From NCBI GenBank assembly GCA_003427395.1, contig BFEA01000007.1:5115588-5179587 (forward strand): DNA of 64,000 bases. The letters are read 5' to 3'. The position numbers were made by a program, and so were the translations under genes. This document shows, in pieces, positions 1 through 12,354 of the stretch. Under the pieces are notes generated by a model. The model had not been told where the DNA came from. It saw only the letters and a program-made list of their open reading frames with translations, and did no database searches. This DNA comes from Chara braunii. Its lineage: Eukaryota > Plantae > Charophyceae. Every line of letters begins with the position of its first letter. Position 1 is the first letter of the stretch.

Positions 1-456
1 GCCTATGGTCTACATTGCATGCTGATGTGGCGCTGCATATGGTCTACATTGATGATGTGGCGCATGCCACCTGTTTCGACTGCTGATGTGGCATTGTCCA
101 CGCTGTCTACATGAGGTGACTGGTTGCGATGAGGAGGGAGATCGTGATCTGTGGATGACTGGGTTCGGGTACTCACATGAGGTTGATGTCGTCACGGTAT
201 TCTGCTGTGTCTTCATGGTCTTCACGAGATAAGAGTGCCACGCGGCACTACTATATGATCAGGATTATTATACTTGTTATCGTATACTGGTTGATGACGT
301 GGAGAGGGAAGCAACCCGGAGAAGAAATGGGGTTTGATGGGATTACTCTTGTGTGATCTTTGATCATCTCTTCCACCTTCTCCTCTGTCTAATTCCCCTC
401 CACTCTCTTCATCTAATGGTAATGAGATACCATTTCAAATATCACTTCTCGATAAT

Positions 457-547
457 TGGAGACTTTGTTGCAGATGTCAAGACTACTGGTGCATGATGAC
501 TGATGAGTATCTAGCAGACGGGGCTCGTTACAATTTGGTATCAGAGC
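457..547 (+). mobile_element. 3' end of an LTR (ends ...TTACA at 532) followed by a tRNA-iMet primer-binding site (536-547)
   Basis: TGGTATCAGAGC at 536-547, 3 nt after CA. The preceding ~75 bp recur at 1690-1765 and end at the same TTACA. Confidence 0.7.
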
Positions 548-1689
548 GAACTCCTTCATCGCAATCTGCTGTCTGCTGTCAGGTGCGGACGTGGCACCCA
601 GGTAAGTGGGAGGTGCCGCATGTGCAAAACGAAACGCGTTTATTATCGCGCGTGGTAAATACCACAAGTCTAGACATTGTAGTACTGCACGTGCGAGCAG
701 CTGTCCCTTGAAGATGATGACGGGGCTGCACTGAAGACTTCAAGATACCAGCAAGAGCTTCGTTGGCAACAGGCTGACGTGGCGCTGGTCAAGAAAGAGA
801 TCAGGACCGCCGATGTGGCACATTGCTTATGTGGCATAATGTGGAATGCTAACGTGGTATTGTGGCAGGGCATGGTCTGATGTGGCACGTACCTGTGTTG
901 CAATTTCATGTCGGTGTTTAGTGTGTAGCAGACCTGCACTGTGACGTGGCATCCCTCCTTGTAGACCTTTCCGGTCCTTGACGCTTACGTGGCAGAACTG
1001 CTGCGTTGGCATGCCAAGGGTGACACGTGGCATGCATACAGGCTGTTGAGGGTGAAGTATTGAGTGTGCACTTGGGTTGCATTGCTGCTGCAGATGGTAC
1101 AGCGGAAAGAGGAAGGAAGCTAACCATTGATTGGTTGTTGTATTTGCTTTCTACTCACCTGTTGATTGTCTGTGGTTGTTGTGTATACTTACAAGTGTGT
1201 TGTTGTCTTGATCACACTGGTCGTGGCTGCGGTACCTGTAGCTGTAGGACATCATCAAAAAGAACAGACAGCAAAGTTAGGACTTAGAAATTAATTGAGA
1301 ACCTGCTTCTTTGTATCTGCATTGCTCACTTCTTGCTTTAGGAGTTGCATGTGTCGTGGAATTTATTCTTGTCTTCTGATTTTATTTATTGTGCGGCATC
1401 TACACGCTGGTAAAAATGAATTCGCTCTGGAAATGTCAGTGCGTGACGCGGTTCATTCCTCTTCTTTTCTTTCCTATCTATCTCATTGTCTATGTCGATG
1501 AAGAAGGGGGGGAACTAAAGACCCGTGGCCAAATTGAAACAAGAAAGCAGACCCTGATCGGCTTTCTCCACCAATTTCTCGGTGAGGTACACAGCGTCGG
1601 TTCAGAGATTGAACAGCTGATTCGTGGCCAGTTCAATCTGCGTGCTGCAGAAGGCGAACTGAAAGCTGTGGAAAAAGCCGTTCAAGTGA

Positions 1690-1765
1690 TGGAGACTTTG
1701 TTGCAGATGTCAAGACTACTGGTGCATGACGACTGATGAGTATCTGCCAGTCGGGGTTCATTACA
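1690..1765 (+). mobile_element. Second copy of the same LTR terminus, with no PBS after it
   Basis: Near-identical to 457-532 (GGAGACTTTGTTGCAGATGTCAAGACTACTGGTGCATGA...TTACA). A purine run GAAGAAGGGGGGG lies upstream at ~1500-1512. Confidence 0.55.
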
Positions 1766-2711
1766 CCCATCTCTAAGTTTGTTTTAATCTCATAATGGAA
1801 TTGCTTCAACCTACCCTGGCTTGATGTGATTGCCTGCCAGTACTGCAACTGCCTACTGTAAACCGTGTCTGTATCAGCCGCCTGTTTCGGTCTGTTAGTC
1901 AGTCCTGTCTGTTGGCAATTACTATATGCAGTCTGCCTGCGTGACATGTAAGGTCTTTAGTCGAATGGCATATTCCAATCTTGATTAGAGCAACGAATGC
2001 AGACTGCATTTGCAGTTTCTGAAATCCGCTCCGGTTTTATTTTTATTTATTTTTTTCTCTTGATCGCATAAATCAAGTAGTTTTCTCCCTTGCTGTGAAA
2101 TGCTGACAGTTGTGGGAAGGCTCTGTTGTGAGGCTGATCAGAAAAGAAAAGTTTTCGTTTCTGATTTGGTTGTGGGCTTAGTTAAAGTAATTCGTTGACG
2201 GTTTTGGGATGAACCTATAACCTCTCATACTGTCTCTTGACATTTGGCACTAGCCTGCCGTATTCCCCATACCATTAAACAACACAGTTTAGCTCTAATC
2301 ATCTGGGTTTTGACTGTGAATGGTAATCTGAGTATCCCCCTTTTATTTTATTTGTGTTTTCTAACAAATAGACAATTGGTTGTGAGAAGATATTCGCTGA
2401 TCAGGTTGAGTCCATGTGCCATTGGGTGTCAGTCACTGTTGTCAGTTCCTGCACCTGAAAACGGTCCTACACAGAGTTCGGAATTGGTGTGAGTGAACCG
2501 ATCAGCGGGAGTTGAGAGATTAGTCAAGGCTGCCATTGGTATGACCCCTGTTGGTCAGTCTTGTTGGTCAGTGCCATTCCCGCAAGTCAGTCAGAAAACA
2601 GTCCGTGCAAGTCTGTTAATATGTTTGGGTTGGGATTCAACACCACATCCCATATCTGAGTAGACTAGTGAATGGTCTTCAACCTTTGAACACTTACGCG
2701 TTTATCTTGTT

Positions 2712-4221
2712 GTGTGCAAAGATTCTTCTGGAATGGGGGAAGAGAGTTCAGTCAGTGCAGGAAATTGCAAGTTGCATGTCATTGAGCTCAATATTTGGGA
2801 AGTAGGTAAGGCTGTAGAGGCAGATCGGTTGCAGTTGGAGCAGATGGAGAAGCAGAAGGAAGGAAGGTCGAGACAATCCAAGGAAGTGAGGAGGGAAGAA
2901 CACACCTCCTGGGATGAAAGTTTGACCTGGATGGCGGACAGATTGTCCATCATGGAGACCAAACTCTCCTCCTTTGCAAATTCCTTCCATCGTTTTGTGA
3001 CAGTTGTTAATCTCTGTCTCCTCCCTACTCCTACTCCCACTACTCCCACCACTACTCCTAGTCCTACTCCTACCGCTACACCCTATTCCCATGCAAGGTC
3101 CTCTGCTGCTGCATCATCGCAAGCCAGTAGCCCCAAGAGCAGACCGGCTACGCCTTCAAAGGTGCAGTTCCTGCAGCTTGTGGCAGGGCACCCTGTGACT
3201 TCTGAGGCTAAAGTGACTGCAGGCCTAGGCCAGCAGAAATCGAGGTGCCCCAAGACAGTCTAACCGGAAACATTCACTGGGGATAACCCTAAAGTAGATG
3301 TTGCAGATTGGACTGCCTCGATGAGATGGTACCTCAAGGAACTCACTTGCCCAGAGGTTACCAAGGTGCAGTCCACTGTGGCCCGTTTGGGAGGGCCTGC
3401 ACTTCAGTGGGCTACTTCTGAGGCCAATAAGGCCCAGGAAGCCGACTGGGCTGTTACAGTAGGTTTGGACCACATATTTAAGGGCCTGGAGGAGAGGTTC
3501 ACCAATCAAGAGAGAGCCAAGGAAGTTGCTGCAGAGCTTGCGGGGTTAGGCCAGTCACAATGGCAGGGATCCCTCTCCAAGCTCTACGGAGTTTGGGAAA
3601 GATTACTCTCTACCCCAGGGTTATCAATGTCTGACCAGGAGAAACTGCAATTGTTTATCCACGCTAACCCGATAACCTGTAGAGACCCTGTTTACTGTAG
3701 GTCACAATGACTGGAGGGCCTTTGGCAGAGCAGCCTTGGATCTAGAGGCCAAACTCCAAATCCAGTCCACTTCCCACGCGGGAAGCACCTCCCCTTCTCA
3801 GAGTCAAAGGAAGAGTAAGGGGAGGTGGCACACGATGGAGTCTGTGGAAGACTCTACAGGCTTTGACCAGAGAGAATTGACTCCCTCAGCTAGTCAAGGT
3901 TGAGGAGGCTTCCCAGACCAGGCTATTCTAACTTTGGCTCAAGAACTGGTAAGCGCAACGAAAGGCGCAAATCAGCTCCAGAGACAAAGGTCCCCCTCTC
4001 CTATGGGGTCTGGCAAGCGCCCCTGTGGACCTCAGAAGCAAAATCTGCCCAAGTTTTCCAAATGTCCAGCTAACCCTATGGATCCTTCCTCTCTTCCATG
4101 GAGGGACTTGAGTATCCTAGACGGGCTATGGCAAAGAGGAAGGATGCTGGTGTCTGCCTCAGATGTGCAGGGCAACACTTTGTCAAGTATTGCCCTTCAT
4201 GGGGCAACCACTACGGTGTAA
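2712..4221 (+). pseudogene. Degenerate Ty3/Gypsy gag (capsid-like region plus zinc knuckle)
   Basis: Reading through the stop at 3261 gives KTV*PETFTGDNPKVDVADWTASMRWYL...LEERF, typical of retrotransposon gag. Knuckle CLRCAGQHFVKYC at 4155-4193. Stops and frameshifts present. Confidence 0.75.
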
Positions 4222-4999
4222 CCTGACCCAGTCAGCAGCGTATTCTGCTGAACTGAGAAGGACAGGTGCAGTTTGGTTGTTTGTAATCTACCTGTGTGTG
4301 TTCAGCTGATGGAAACCTTCTCCTGGTATAGCTGCCTTGAGCCGGATTCCTTCACTGATCCCATTGGTTTGTCTGTGCATCCCTGTGCATGAGAATGAGT
4401 ACACTAAGTTCCGGGCTTATTCAAGTTTCTCAAACACTATTGATGGACAGGCTGTTAATTGGTCTGAATTCATCTTCTCTTGACGATGAATCAGCCCCAA
4501 GATTGCTTTCAGTCTGACAAGAATTTCAATGTGAGTTTACATTGAATCCTTTTCTGACTACCCCTTGTACTTCCTGTGAGTGGCACTCATTGTCTGATCA
4601 AGTTCATGTTCTGACACTGAACTGCACTCATTGGATGGATGACCCGTGTTTGAGAGAGAGTATGATTAGTACAGATCTTACCTCAAATTCTCCAACACGG
4701 TCCTAAGTTTTGCTCTCTCGGGTAGAAATCAGATTTTTCGTGTTTCTCTGTGACTGCACACTTGTAGTGACAGTGTTCTGAATTTTACCTATAGAGCTGC
4801 AAATTCCTTTTAACCACTGGGCTTTGTCCTAGTAATGTCTCAGCCTGATTGGCTAGAGTCAAATGCAATGACTTGCTGATTTCTGCTGGCGAGACTGACT
4901 GCGAGGCTGTACACTAACCGTAGGGTTAGATTTGTAATTTTGTTTGGCTGAGGGCTAACCGAGAGGTCTGCCTGTGTGGAAATTCGTGAGGGACAGATC

Positions 5000-5978
5000 T
5001 GTAATTCTAAGAAAATACACGCCCTGTACCAACCGAATTCCTATAGCTACCCTAACTGCTTATAGCAGGCCCGGGCTACCCCTAGGACAGTCAGGCCCTA
5101 AGCGGCCTATACTGGTATACGGTCCTATAGCCTATAGCCGGGTTCGGTAGAGGCCGAGAGGCCGAAACAGCAACGGTACCGGTAGGTCCTGTCAGTCCGG
5201 TTTAGGTCTAGGCTAGAGTAGAGGGTCTATAAGTCCTGGAGGAAAATCAGTTCAGGACTTTTGGCAATTCATTTTCGCATGACTGCGTTCGTGGCCAACT
5301 AAGTGTTGCAGCGCTGAATGCCTACAGCGGCACCTGAGACATCAGCGCAGTGGAGCAGCCATAGCCAGCCTTCTGAGACAGCCATAGTTGGGGCTGTACT
5401 CAGCGCATCTACCCCCTGGGGATATCTGTTTTGGCAGGACTATATCGGAGGTCTTCACTGAGTACATGTGGGTACTATTGCTGCAGTAGCAGCTAGGCAT
5501 CCATAGCTGCCTTCTTCATCGTCAGAGTGACTCATCGGCACTGGAGACTACTTCGTTGTTCATGATCTGCACCTGGGTGGATGGCGCTGGCCTCTGGGAG
5601 GCTGTTGCTGTGCAGCGCTAGACTCTGAGAGTGTAGTAGTGAGTGGAGTGTGTGGTTCTTGAGTGGCGAGACACTGGGTGGAACTCTGTAACGATAATTA
5701 AGGTTAACTGTGTTGAGTTGGCTCTTCTTCTGGGTTACTTTCTAATTGTGATCTTCGCAGTGTCTTCCTGTGATTGGTTGTTGGGAGTTTATCAGAGAGA
5801 GAGAACACTGTGTGTATTCTCCCCATCTGTGCATGGTTGCTATTCCGCTGTTTATCTCTGGTCTGTGTGCAGGTGGACTCTGTCTCTTCCTCCCCTTTCT
5901 CTCATGCATGTATGGGTGTGTGTGAGTGTGTCTGAGTGTGAGTGGCAATCAAATTGTCAAACAACCAAGTTCATAACA
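5000..5978 (+). mobile_element. Solo LTR, ~980 bp
   Basis: TGTAA...ATAACA termini. Flanks CAGATC (4994-4999) and CAAATC (5979-5984) form a 5/6-identical target duplication. The end CATAACA matches the LTR end at 17932. Confidence 0.6.
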
Positions 5979-6974
5979 CAAATCTGTTTGTGACTGACTC
6001 TCTACTCGGATAGACCTACCCTACACATGACTCTGTCAGTTCAAGCATTATTGCTGAATATGATGAGACTTCGCCCCATTCATAGATCTTGTTAGATCCT
6101 ACCCTATTCTTGGGAAGAATCTGCGTATCACGCTTGCAAATACACAGATCAGCAGTTGAGGAGTCTAACTGATACCCAGTCCTAACGAAAATTAATCAGA
6201 TTTTCAGAATTAATGGATTATAGCAAAGTTGATTACTAGGCTAACAACCTTGCATTCAACTAGATGGTTGTGTTTTGTTCACGCTGACTGAATGGTTGAC
6301 TAGAAGTAGAGAGTGTGTGGGCGCACGGTTTTAAGGCGCACGTGATGTTGTTCTTATTGATGTTATAGAGCCTGTTTTTCGCCGGCCAAGCTTCTGACTT
6401 TGATTAAAATAAGACTAAGCGTTTTTCGTCTTGTTGTTCTGACCACGATGTGCGTGCACTTATGCGGGAGAACGACGTCGCTGACAGTGTTGCCCTTGAA
6501 CAGTAATAGGAGTGCGAGGGAGTAGAACACGGGCAGGGCCGCCGCGCGGTAGGTGCGGGGCTTGACAGCCGTTGGTTTAGTCGGTAAGTAGGAAGAGTGA
6601 TATTGGAGTGTTTAGCGGACCTACATGCGTAGCGGTACCCGTTTATATGGGCTTCCGCTAATGCTAGACTCAGCCTTGGGCCTAGCACTATTTGTTACGG
6701 CATTGGATTTTCAAAGAGAAGGTACGGGGATCGAGGACAATGACCAGCAGCGATGGAGCATTGGAGCGGTTGGAGATGCCAAAGGGTTGAGGGCCCAGCG
6801 GGGCTATCCCCCTTGGTTTTGTTGCCGGCCCATCCGTGGGTCTGGTTGACGGAACTGAGAGGGGGGGCCAATTTGTTCGTTTCTTCTTTTTTTTTTTTCC
6901 CTTAGTTATTTTAGTTGCCAGCCGCGTTTCTGGGACGCGGCACTAGCATAGGTACGAAGGATTGTTTGCGGGGT

Positions 6975-7295
6975 GCCAGCCAGCATAGGCTGCAGGGGCC
7001 AGCAGTTGCCATCCCCGCGAAGTGGTCGTCACAGCAGTCGAGGACCTTCAGCACGTGCTTCGCTTTGGCGGGCCCATTTGGGTCCCTGCTTATTCGGGGT
7101 GCTGGCGAAACTCCTCTATTCTGCCCTTGCTGAAGACGCAGACCAAGGAGTTCAACGTGCATGCGAGCCGATGGGTGGTTTAGCCCACGAGGTGGAAGAA
7201 ACCCGAGTGGCGAGGACACTCTGCGGGTGCACCATCCGCCAACCACGATCTGCAGTAGGAACTGAGTGGGAGCATTTCTGTCGGGGCCCGTGAGG
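6975..7295 (+). pseudogene. Diverged 28S (LSU) rRNA fragment, end of D2 through D3
   Basis: GTGCTGGCGAAA...TGAAGACGCAGACCAAGGAGTTCAACGTGCATGCGAG...GGGTGCACC...GAGCATTTCTGTCGGGGCCCG parallels conserved LSU TTGAAACACGGACCAAGGAGTCTAACATGTGTGCGAG...GAGCATGCCTGTCGGGACCCG. Confidence 0.7.
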
Positions 7296-7664
7296 AGCAA
7301 GACTGGTCACACAGATTTTGCCGAAGACCCGGATGCACCATTTGTGTGCCCATTTGTCAACGGCCTGTGGAGCAGCAGGGCCAAGGAAATTGTGCCCACC
7401 GCTGGAGGTGACCGCAAATGTCATATTCTTTATTATTATTATTATTCATTTTATTTTATTTTTGTCTTCGGGAATTAGTGGAAATTCGTTCACAAGAGTT
7501 CTTGCACAACTTGTGGATGGCGCCGTGTGACCAGTAAAGGACCAATTCGTCATTGCTGCAGACAGCCAGGGCCTTGTCCCATCTGAAAAGGTACAGCAGT
7601 GTGACCTGAATCATGCCCAAAACCTCGGATTGGTCTGTCCAAATCCGCATATTTTGCAGATTTG

Positions 7665-7760
7665 GGGTCGCAGTGTGAGCATTTCCGTTGGGACTCGAAA
7701 GATGGTGAACTGTGCCCTAAGCACGGTCGGCCAGAGGGCACCAAGGCGGTTGTTCACATG
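7665..7760 (+). pseudogene. Diverged 28S rRNA fragment (post-D3 core)
   Basis: GTGTGAGCATTTCCGTTGGGACTCGAAAGATGGTGAACTGTGCC matches LSU GAGCA...GGGACCCGAAAGATGGTGAACTATGCC. Confidence 0.75.
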
Positions 7761-8519
7761 GAACCCTTAGCCACTTCGGTCTTTGAAGCTCTCATTTGAA
7801 TATTTGCTACTACTACCAGGATCCGCACAGGGACCCGCCTCACCTAAGCTCGCGCAGCAGGCGTCGCAGCAGACCCTGCGCCCTCCTACTCGTCGTGGCG
7901 TCAGAATAGCCACGATGGGCGAGCATAGGTTGCACACTTCAGTGCCATCCATCTGTGGGGGCATGTCGCGTGAGTTCTGGCCGTGTGCGGGTGATTGAAG
8001 ATCTAGGGACTTGGTTGCTCCCCGAGCTGTAGCCTTGAGAGACAACCTTTGCAGCAGGCTGACACCAGTTCCGAGGCTGAAGATGGGACGGACGGCCCAT
8101 CTCAGTCGATACACCTCTAAACTGTTGAAGTGTAGACCCAAGTTGGGACTCCACAAGAGAAAGGTCAGTGAGACACCGCAATCCTGGATTTGATGTGGGT
8201 CGAAGCGGTACCACTTTCCACAGCATTAGCTGTATCAGCTAGCTCGGCTGGTACACTCCTGAGTTGATGGAACACATCTTAGAGTTAAAATCGACCTGCC
8301 CATAGGAGAGACCAGTGGGCTCATCTCAGTTGATAAGCCAATGAACTGCTGAAATACAGATCCAGTCCCGGACCTGATCTTGCGCAGCCTCATTGTGGGA
8401 ATTACCTTTGGTCCTTAGGGACATCAGTTAAAAAAAAAAAAAAGGGGCGACACAGAGTGAGTTGACGTGGCCCATACGCAATAAAAGGGAGAGGGCGTGT
8501 ACCTGGCCAGGGTGTAGGA

Positions 8520-8590
8520 TCGGGTGCACCTCCCGTTGCCCATGATCTGCTGCGAGAGGTTTGAGTGTGAGCATCCCCGTTGGGACCAGT
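8520..8590 (+). pseudogene. Diverged 28S rRNA D3 fragment
   Basis: GGGTGCACC...TGATCTGCTGCGAGAGGTTTGAGTGTGAGCATCCCCGTTGGGACC is the same segment as the other three copies. Confidence 0.65.
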
Positions 8591-9776
8591 GTTGATGCTG
8601 GTTCCGGACCAACTTTGAGACCCAAGGGCCAAGCTCATTTGGTACACGCATGAACTGTTGGAACACAGACTGAAGTTTGAATCCAGACACCTTCAAATGA
8701 AGAGAGGATAAACTCACTCTGAGTTGCCTGAGGCCAGCCGGTTCCACAATTGTGCCTTGGAACTGTTGCTCCACTGTGTGTCCTTCAGGACATCCGTGAA
8801 AATTGGAATGATGCGGAGAAGACTAAAGTCGCCCTTGTGCAAGCATGACAAGTATAAAACCGAGGGCGGGCTTTGGTTAGCAGTCTTTGGTAGTCCGAAC
8901 TGCCATCAGACCGGGAGCCGTAGGGGTGTGTTATATTCGGGAGGAAGAAGACGATGCGAATAACAAAGATGGCGACAACGAGCACGGCGATAGGGATGAA
9001 GTCATAACTCGCCCGTTCCTTAACGGAATCGGGCGAAGTAAAAGCTGAAATTGGGGTTTTGGGCTATGGCGAATCACATGGCAGCGTTAGTTTTTGGGCT
9101 CAAACAGCGGTTTCGGCGGTAGGAGTGATGAGTGCTGCGCGGTTTTCGGTTTTCTCTTTTTTAGCGTTGTTGATCTTCTGTTTGAACCTCGGCGAGCGGA
9201 CAACAGCCTACACCTGGAGAGGAGCAGAGTGGAGGACTTACCTGTTGTAGATTAGTTGGTGCCCCTCTTGCAGACAACTATGGAGAGCGCGGAGTGGAGA
9301 GGGGTTGGCAGTGGAAATATGGTAAAGATTCTTTCCATGTTATAGCGGAAGATTCATTCTCGATTCATTCCCCTCCTGAGTCTCCCTGCATATGCTCGTC
9401 GCCACTGTGTTCGTTTGGAGTGCATGGCATCACAGTATACATACTCGTGGTGTCCGCCACCACAATCATCTTCATTTGAAGTGGTCGCTGCCTTCGTGTC
9501 GTGGTCTCCTTCCCTTTTTTATCGTGGTTCTCACCGCTGTTAGCACAATGTGGCCGTCCTAATCGCAGTTTTGTTGTTGTAATGGTTGCCAAGCAGGACC
9601 AGAGTCGTCATCATCATCATCAACTTGCTGCCACGGTGCAGCGGTTCCCCGTTGTTTGGGGTGGTGTTCATTCCGATGCAGTCATCTTGGTGATTATGAT
9701 GAATCTTTCCACGTTTTAGATTGAGCTTCATCCTCGGTATTCACACTTGGGGAACGCAGGGAGCAGGCGCACACAG

Positions 9777-9811
<35 letters not shown>

Positions 9812-9816
<5 letters not shown>

Positions 9817-9849
9817 TCTTATACACATCTAGATGTGTATAAGAGACAG
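9812..9849. other. Nextera mate-pair junction adapter (assembly artefact)
   Basis: Exact CTGTCTCTTATACACATCT + AGATGTGTATAAGAGACAG (two head-to-head Tn5 mosaic ends), next to a (GT)n tract and an N-gap. Confidence 0.98.
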
Positions 9850-9950
9850 TGCCTAAAGAGACGCTAACACAAGCGGTCTCTGGACAGCTAGCTAGGCACG
9901 GGCCTGCAACCTCTGCCATNNNNNNNNNNNNNNNNNNNNNNNNNNNNNNN

Positions 9951-10018
<68 letters not shown>

Positions 10019-10709
10019 TGTGCGAGGAGGAACGTACCTCTATTTGGATGATGCACCTGGCCACTTTCTAGCGGGAGATTCACTCTCCTATATATGGCAG
10101 TGAATCTTTCCTTTTTTTGGTGAAAGACTCATCCTCAATTTACACATTTGGTGAGTAGTGGGCAACAACCACATTTTCCAGGTGGTAACGACAGCGGTGG
10201 ATTTGATCACCGTAAACGTGATGCTCGTTTTCATTGTAAACGACAGCGATCACGTTGCTATTTGTCCCGCTGATGGTCATTCATCCCGCTGATGGTCATT
10301 CGTCCCGCTCATGTTTCGTGCTCCATCGTTTAACTTAGTTTTTCTCCGTTTTCTCTTTTCTCCAAATGTTGACTAAATCTGGCCATAATAACGGTGATCG
10401 TCCTGTTCATTCATACGATAGGTGTTGCAGTAGAGGGAAGGAGAGGGAAAGAGAGAGGGAGAGGAGTACACACCTGGATTATGTGTCTTTCCATGTTTAA
10501 GTGGGAGATTCATCTTATTTTTGTACATGTATATATCCCTGTTCTAGCGGAAGATTCACTCGGGTTCTGCTGAAAGGTAGGCGGGGAAGACAATGGGGCG
10601 CATATAGCGCTATAGGCATGTGAGGGAAGAAAAGGAGGCGAATTGGAGAGAGAAATTCGTCAGAGGCTGAGGGAAGCAATTTGAAGGAGAGAGAAATTCG
10701 TCAGTTGTA

Positions 10710-10932
10710 GTGCACCGTCTGTTAACCACGGTCTGCAGTGTGAGGTTTGAGTGTGAGCACGACTGTTGGTACTCGAAAGACGGTGAACCATGCCTGAGCA
10801 GAGTGAGGCCGGAGGGAACTCTGGTGGAGGCTCACACTGGAAAAATCGTTCGTCAGACCCGAGTATAGGGGCGAAAGGTTAGTTTGATCATCTCGTAGTT
10901 GGTTCCTCTCGAAGTTCCCCTCAAGATAGTTG
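10710..10932 (+). pseudogene. Diverged 28S rRNA fragment (D3 plus following core)
   Basis: CGAAAGACGGTGAACCATGCCTGAGC...GGAACTCTGGTGGAGGCTC...AAATCGTTCGTCAGAC...GTATAGGGGCGAAAG...GTAGTTGGTTCCTCTCGAAGTTCCCCTCAAGATAG follows the eukaryotic LSU core, with substitutions and a small deletion. Confidence 0.9.
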
Positions 10933-12354
10933 AGGGTGCAGTCTGCTGAGAGAGGATTTGATGCAAGGGTACGTGCCAGATCTCAGTGATGGACTACATG
11001 ACCGACATCTGCATGTAGTTCGGTTGTTGCTGCCGAGGATCACGGTTTTGTTTGTCGTTGTAGTTAAGATAGAGCGGTGGTACGATCGTGACCTGGGTGC
11101 TGAGCTCCGTAGCACTTGTGGTGGTGGTGCGCATACACTTCCGATGACCCTTTGAGTTCGTTGGCATCATATTAGCGGACTCCTGATTTCTAGACAGCTT
11201 AGACTGACTAGTCTTCATCGTGACCTTGCGATCCAAGAGTCCGCGTCCAGCTGCGAGCCAAGGGGTTAGTGGTCCGTTCATACACAGTTTTTAGGGAAGT
11301 GTGGTGGTCTTGTGGTCTTAGCGCGTGGAGTAAGCAGGTGCTGCTTGCTGCCCATTGCTGGGCCTTGATGTGTTTATGTTGGGTGCTTGCGGTGCTAACT
11401 GTGCATTTTGCGGTACATCTCATGCGCAGCACTATGAAATTGCGAGGTTTGTTGGGCACAGATGTCGTGGATCTACTGTGCACACCGACTTATGTAGTAC
11501 ATTGGTTGTGCACTTGTCGTGCTTCGATTGTGCGCCTACCACACACTTGTCATGCTTTTATTGCGTATACGGTGCTTGGGATGATCTTACGTTGCGCATT
11601 GTGCTGCGCTTTGCTACAACGAATATTGTTGTTTAGCGGAGTATTGCTGAGCTTTGCTTCCACTCTGAATAGAGCAAAGGGGTGTGCTCTATTCAAACGC
11701 AGCCTTTCTAGGCTGTGTGGCTACGGTTTGGTCAGAAGGGAGGCGTTGTGGCCTTGGAGGACTGACCACGCTCCGCAAAGGGGTCACTGTTGCGGCTTAG
11801 AAGTCTGTTAAAAGGTCATCACTCTGAGTTTTGGCTTCGATCTTGACCATCTTACTCGCGTACTTGGCCACCATTGCGGGGCCCTCAGGCAATTGAAGAT
11901 CTCAAGGCCCTCTCATGTGAGTTGAGTTTGTCCCTCTCCTGTACCTGGAGCGTCTGAAACCCCTCCTTTTGCCCTTCTTACTCTAAGTCGAGTTGAGGGT
12001 ACGAGAGGAAGGCGGAAGGCGGGATTGCAATCGGGAGGACCGCATCAAGACTCTGTGGGGAGTTAGCCCACCGATTGCGGGAGCTCTGCCGAAGCCCAGG
12101 CGGGGCTCTGGAGGCAGGGAACACTCAGGTACAAATTCGTTTTACACATGTGATCCCATCCCTTAAACCATACCATCCTTTGCTATTGTGTGCCTGCAAG
12201 TATGACTGAGAAAGCTAACTCTTTTTGTTTATTTTTGGATTCAGGACATGATTTGAAAGGTAAATTCGACAAGTGTGTATGATAAACTCATATTATTTGT
12301 GTGAATTCAGAAACGGTCCAGCCACTTGTTTTCTTTTGGGGTTTCTGAACAAGA

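Noticed and set aside
499-532. Hammerhead ribozyme (CTGATGAG here and at 1733; CGAAAG at ~39080)
   Set aside because: The CUGAUGA and GAAA boxes never occur together with the required stems.
11269-11811. 180-aa Cys/Leu-rich ORF
   Set aside because: Composition reflects GT-rich LTR sequence, and no matching open frame was seen in copy B.
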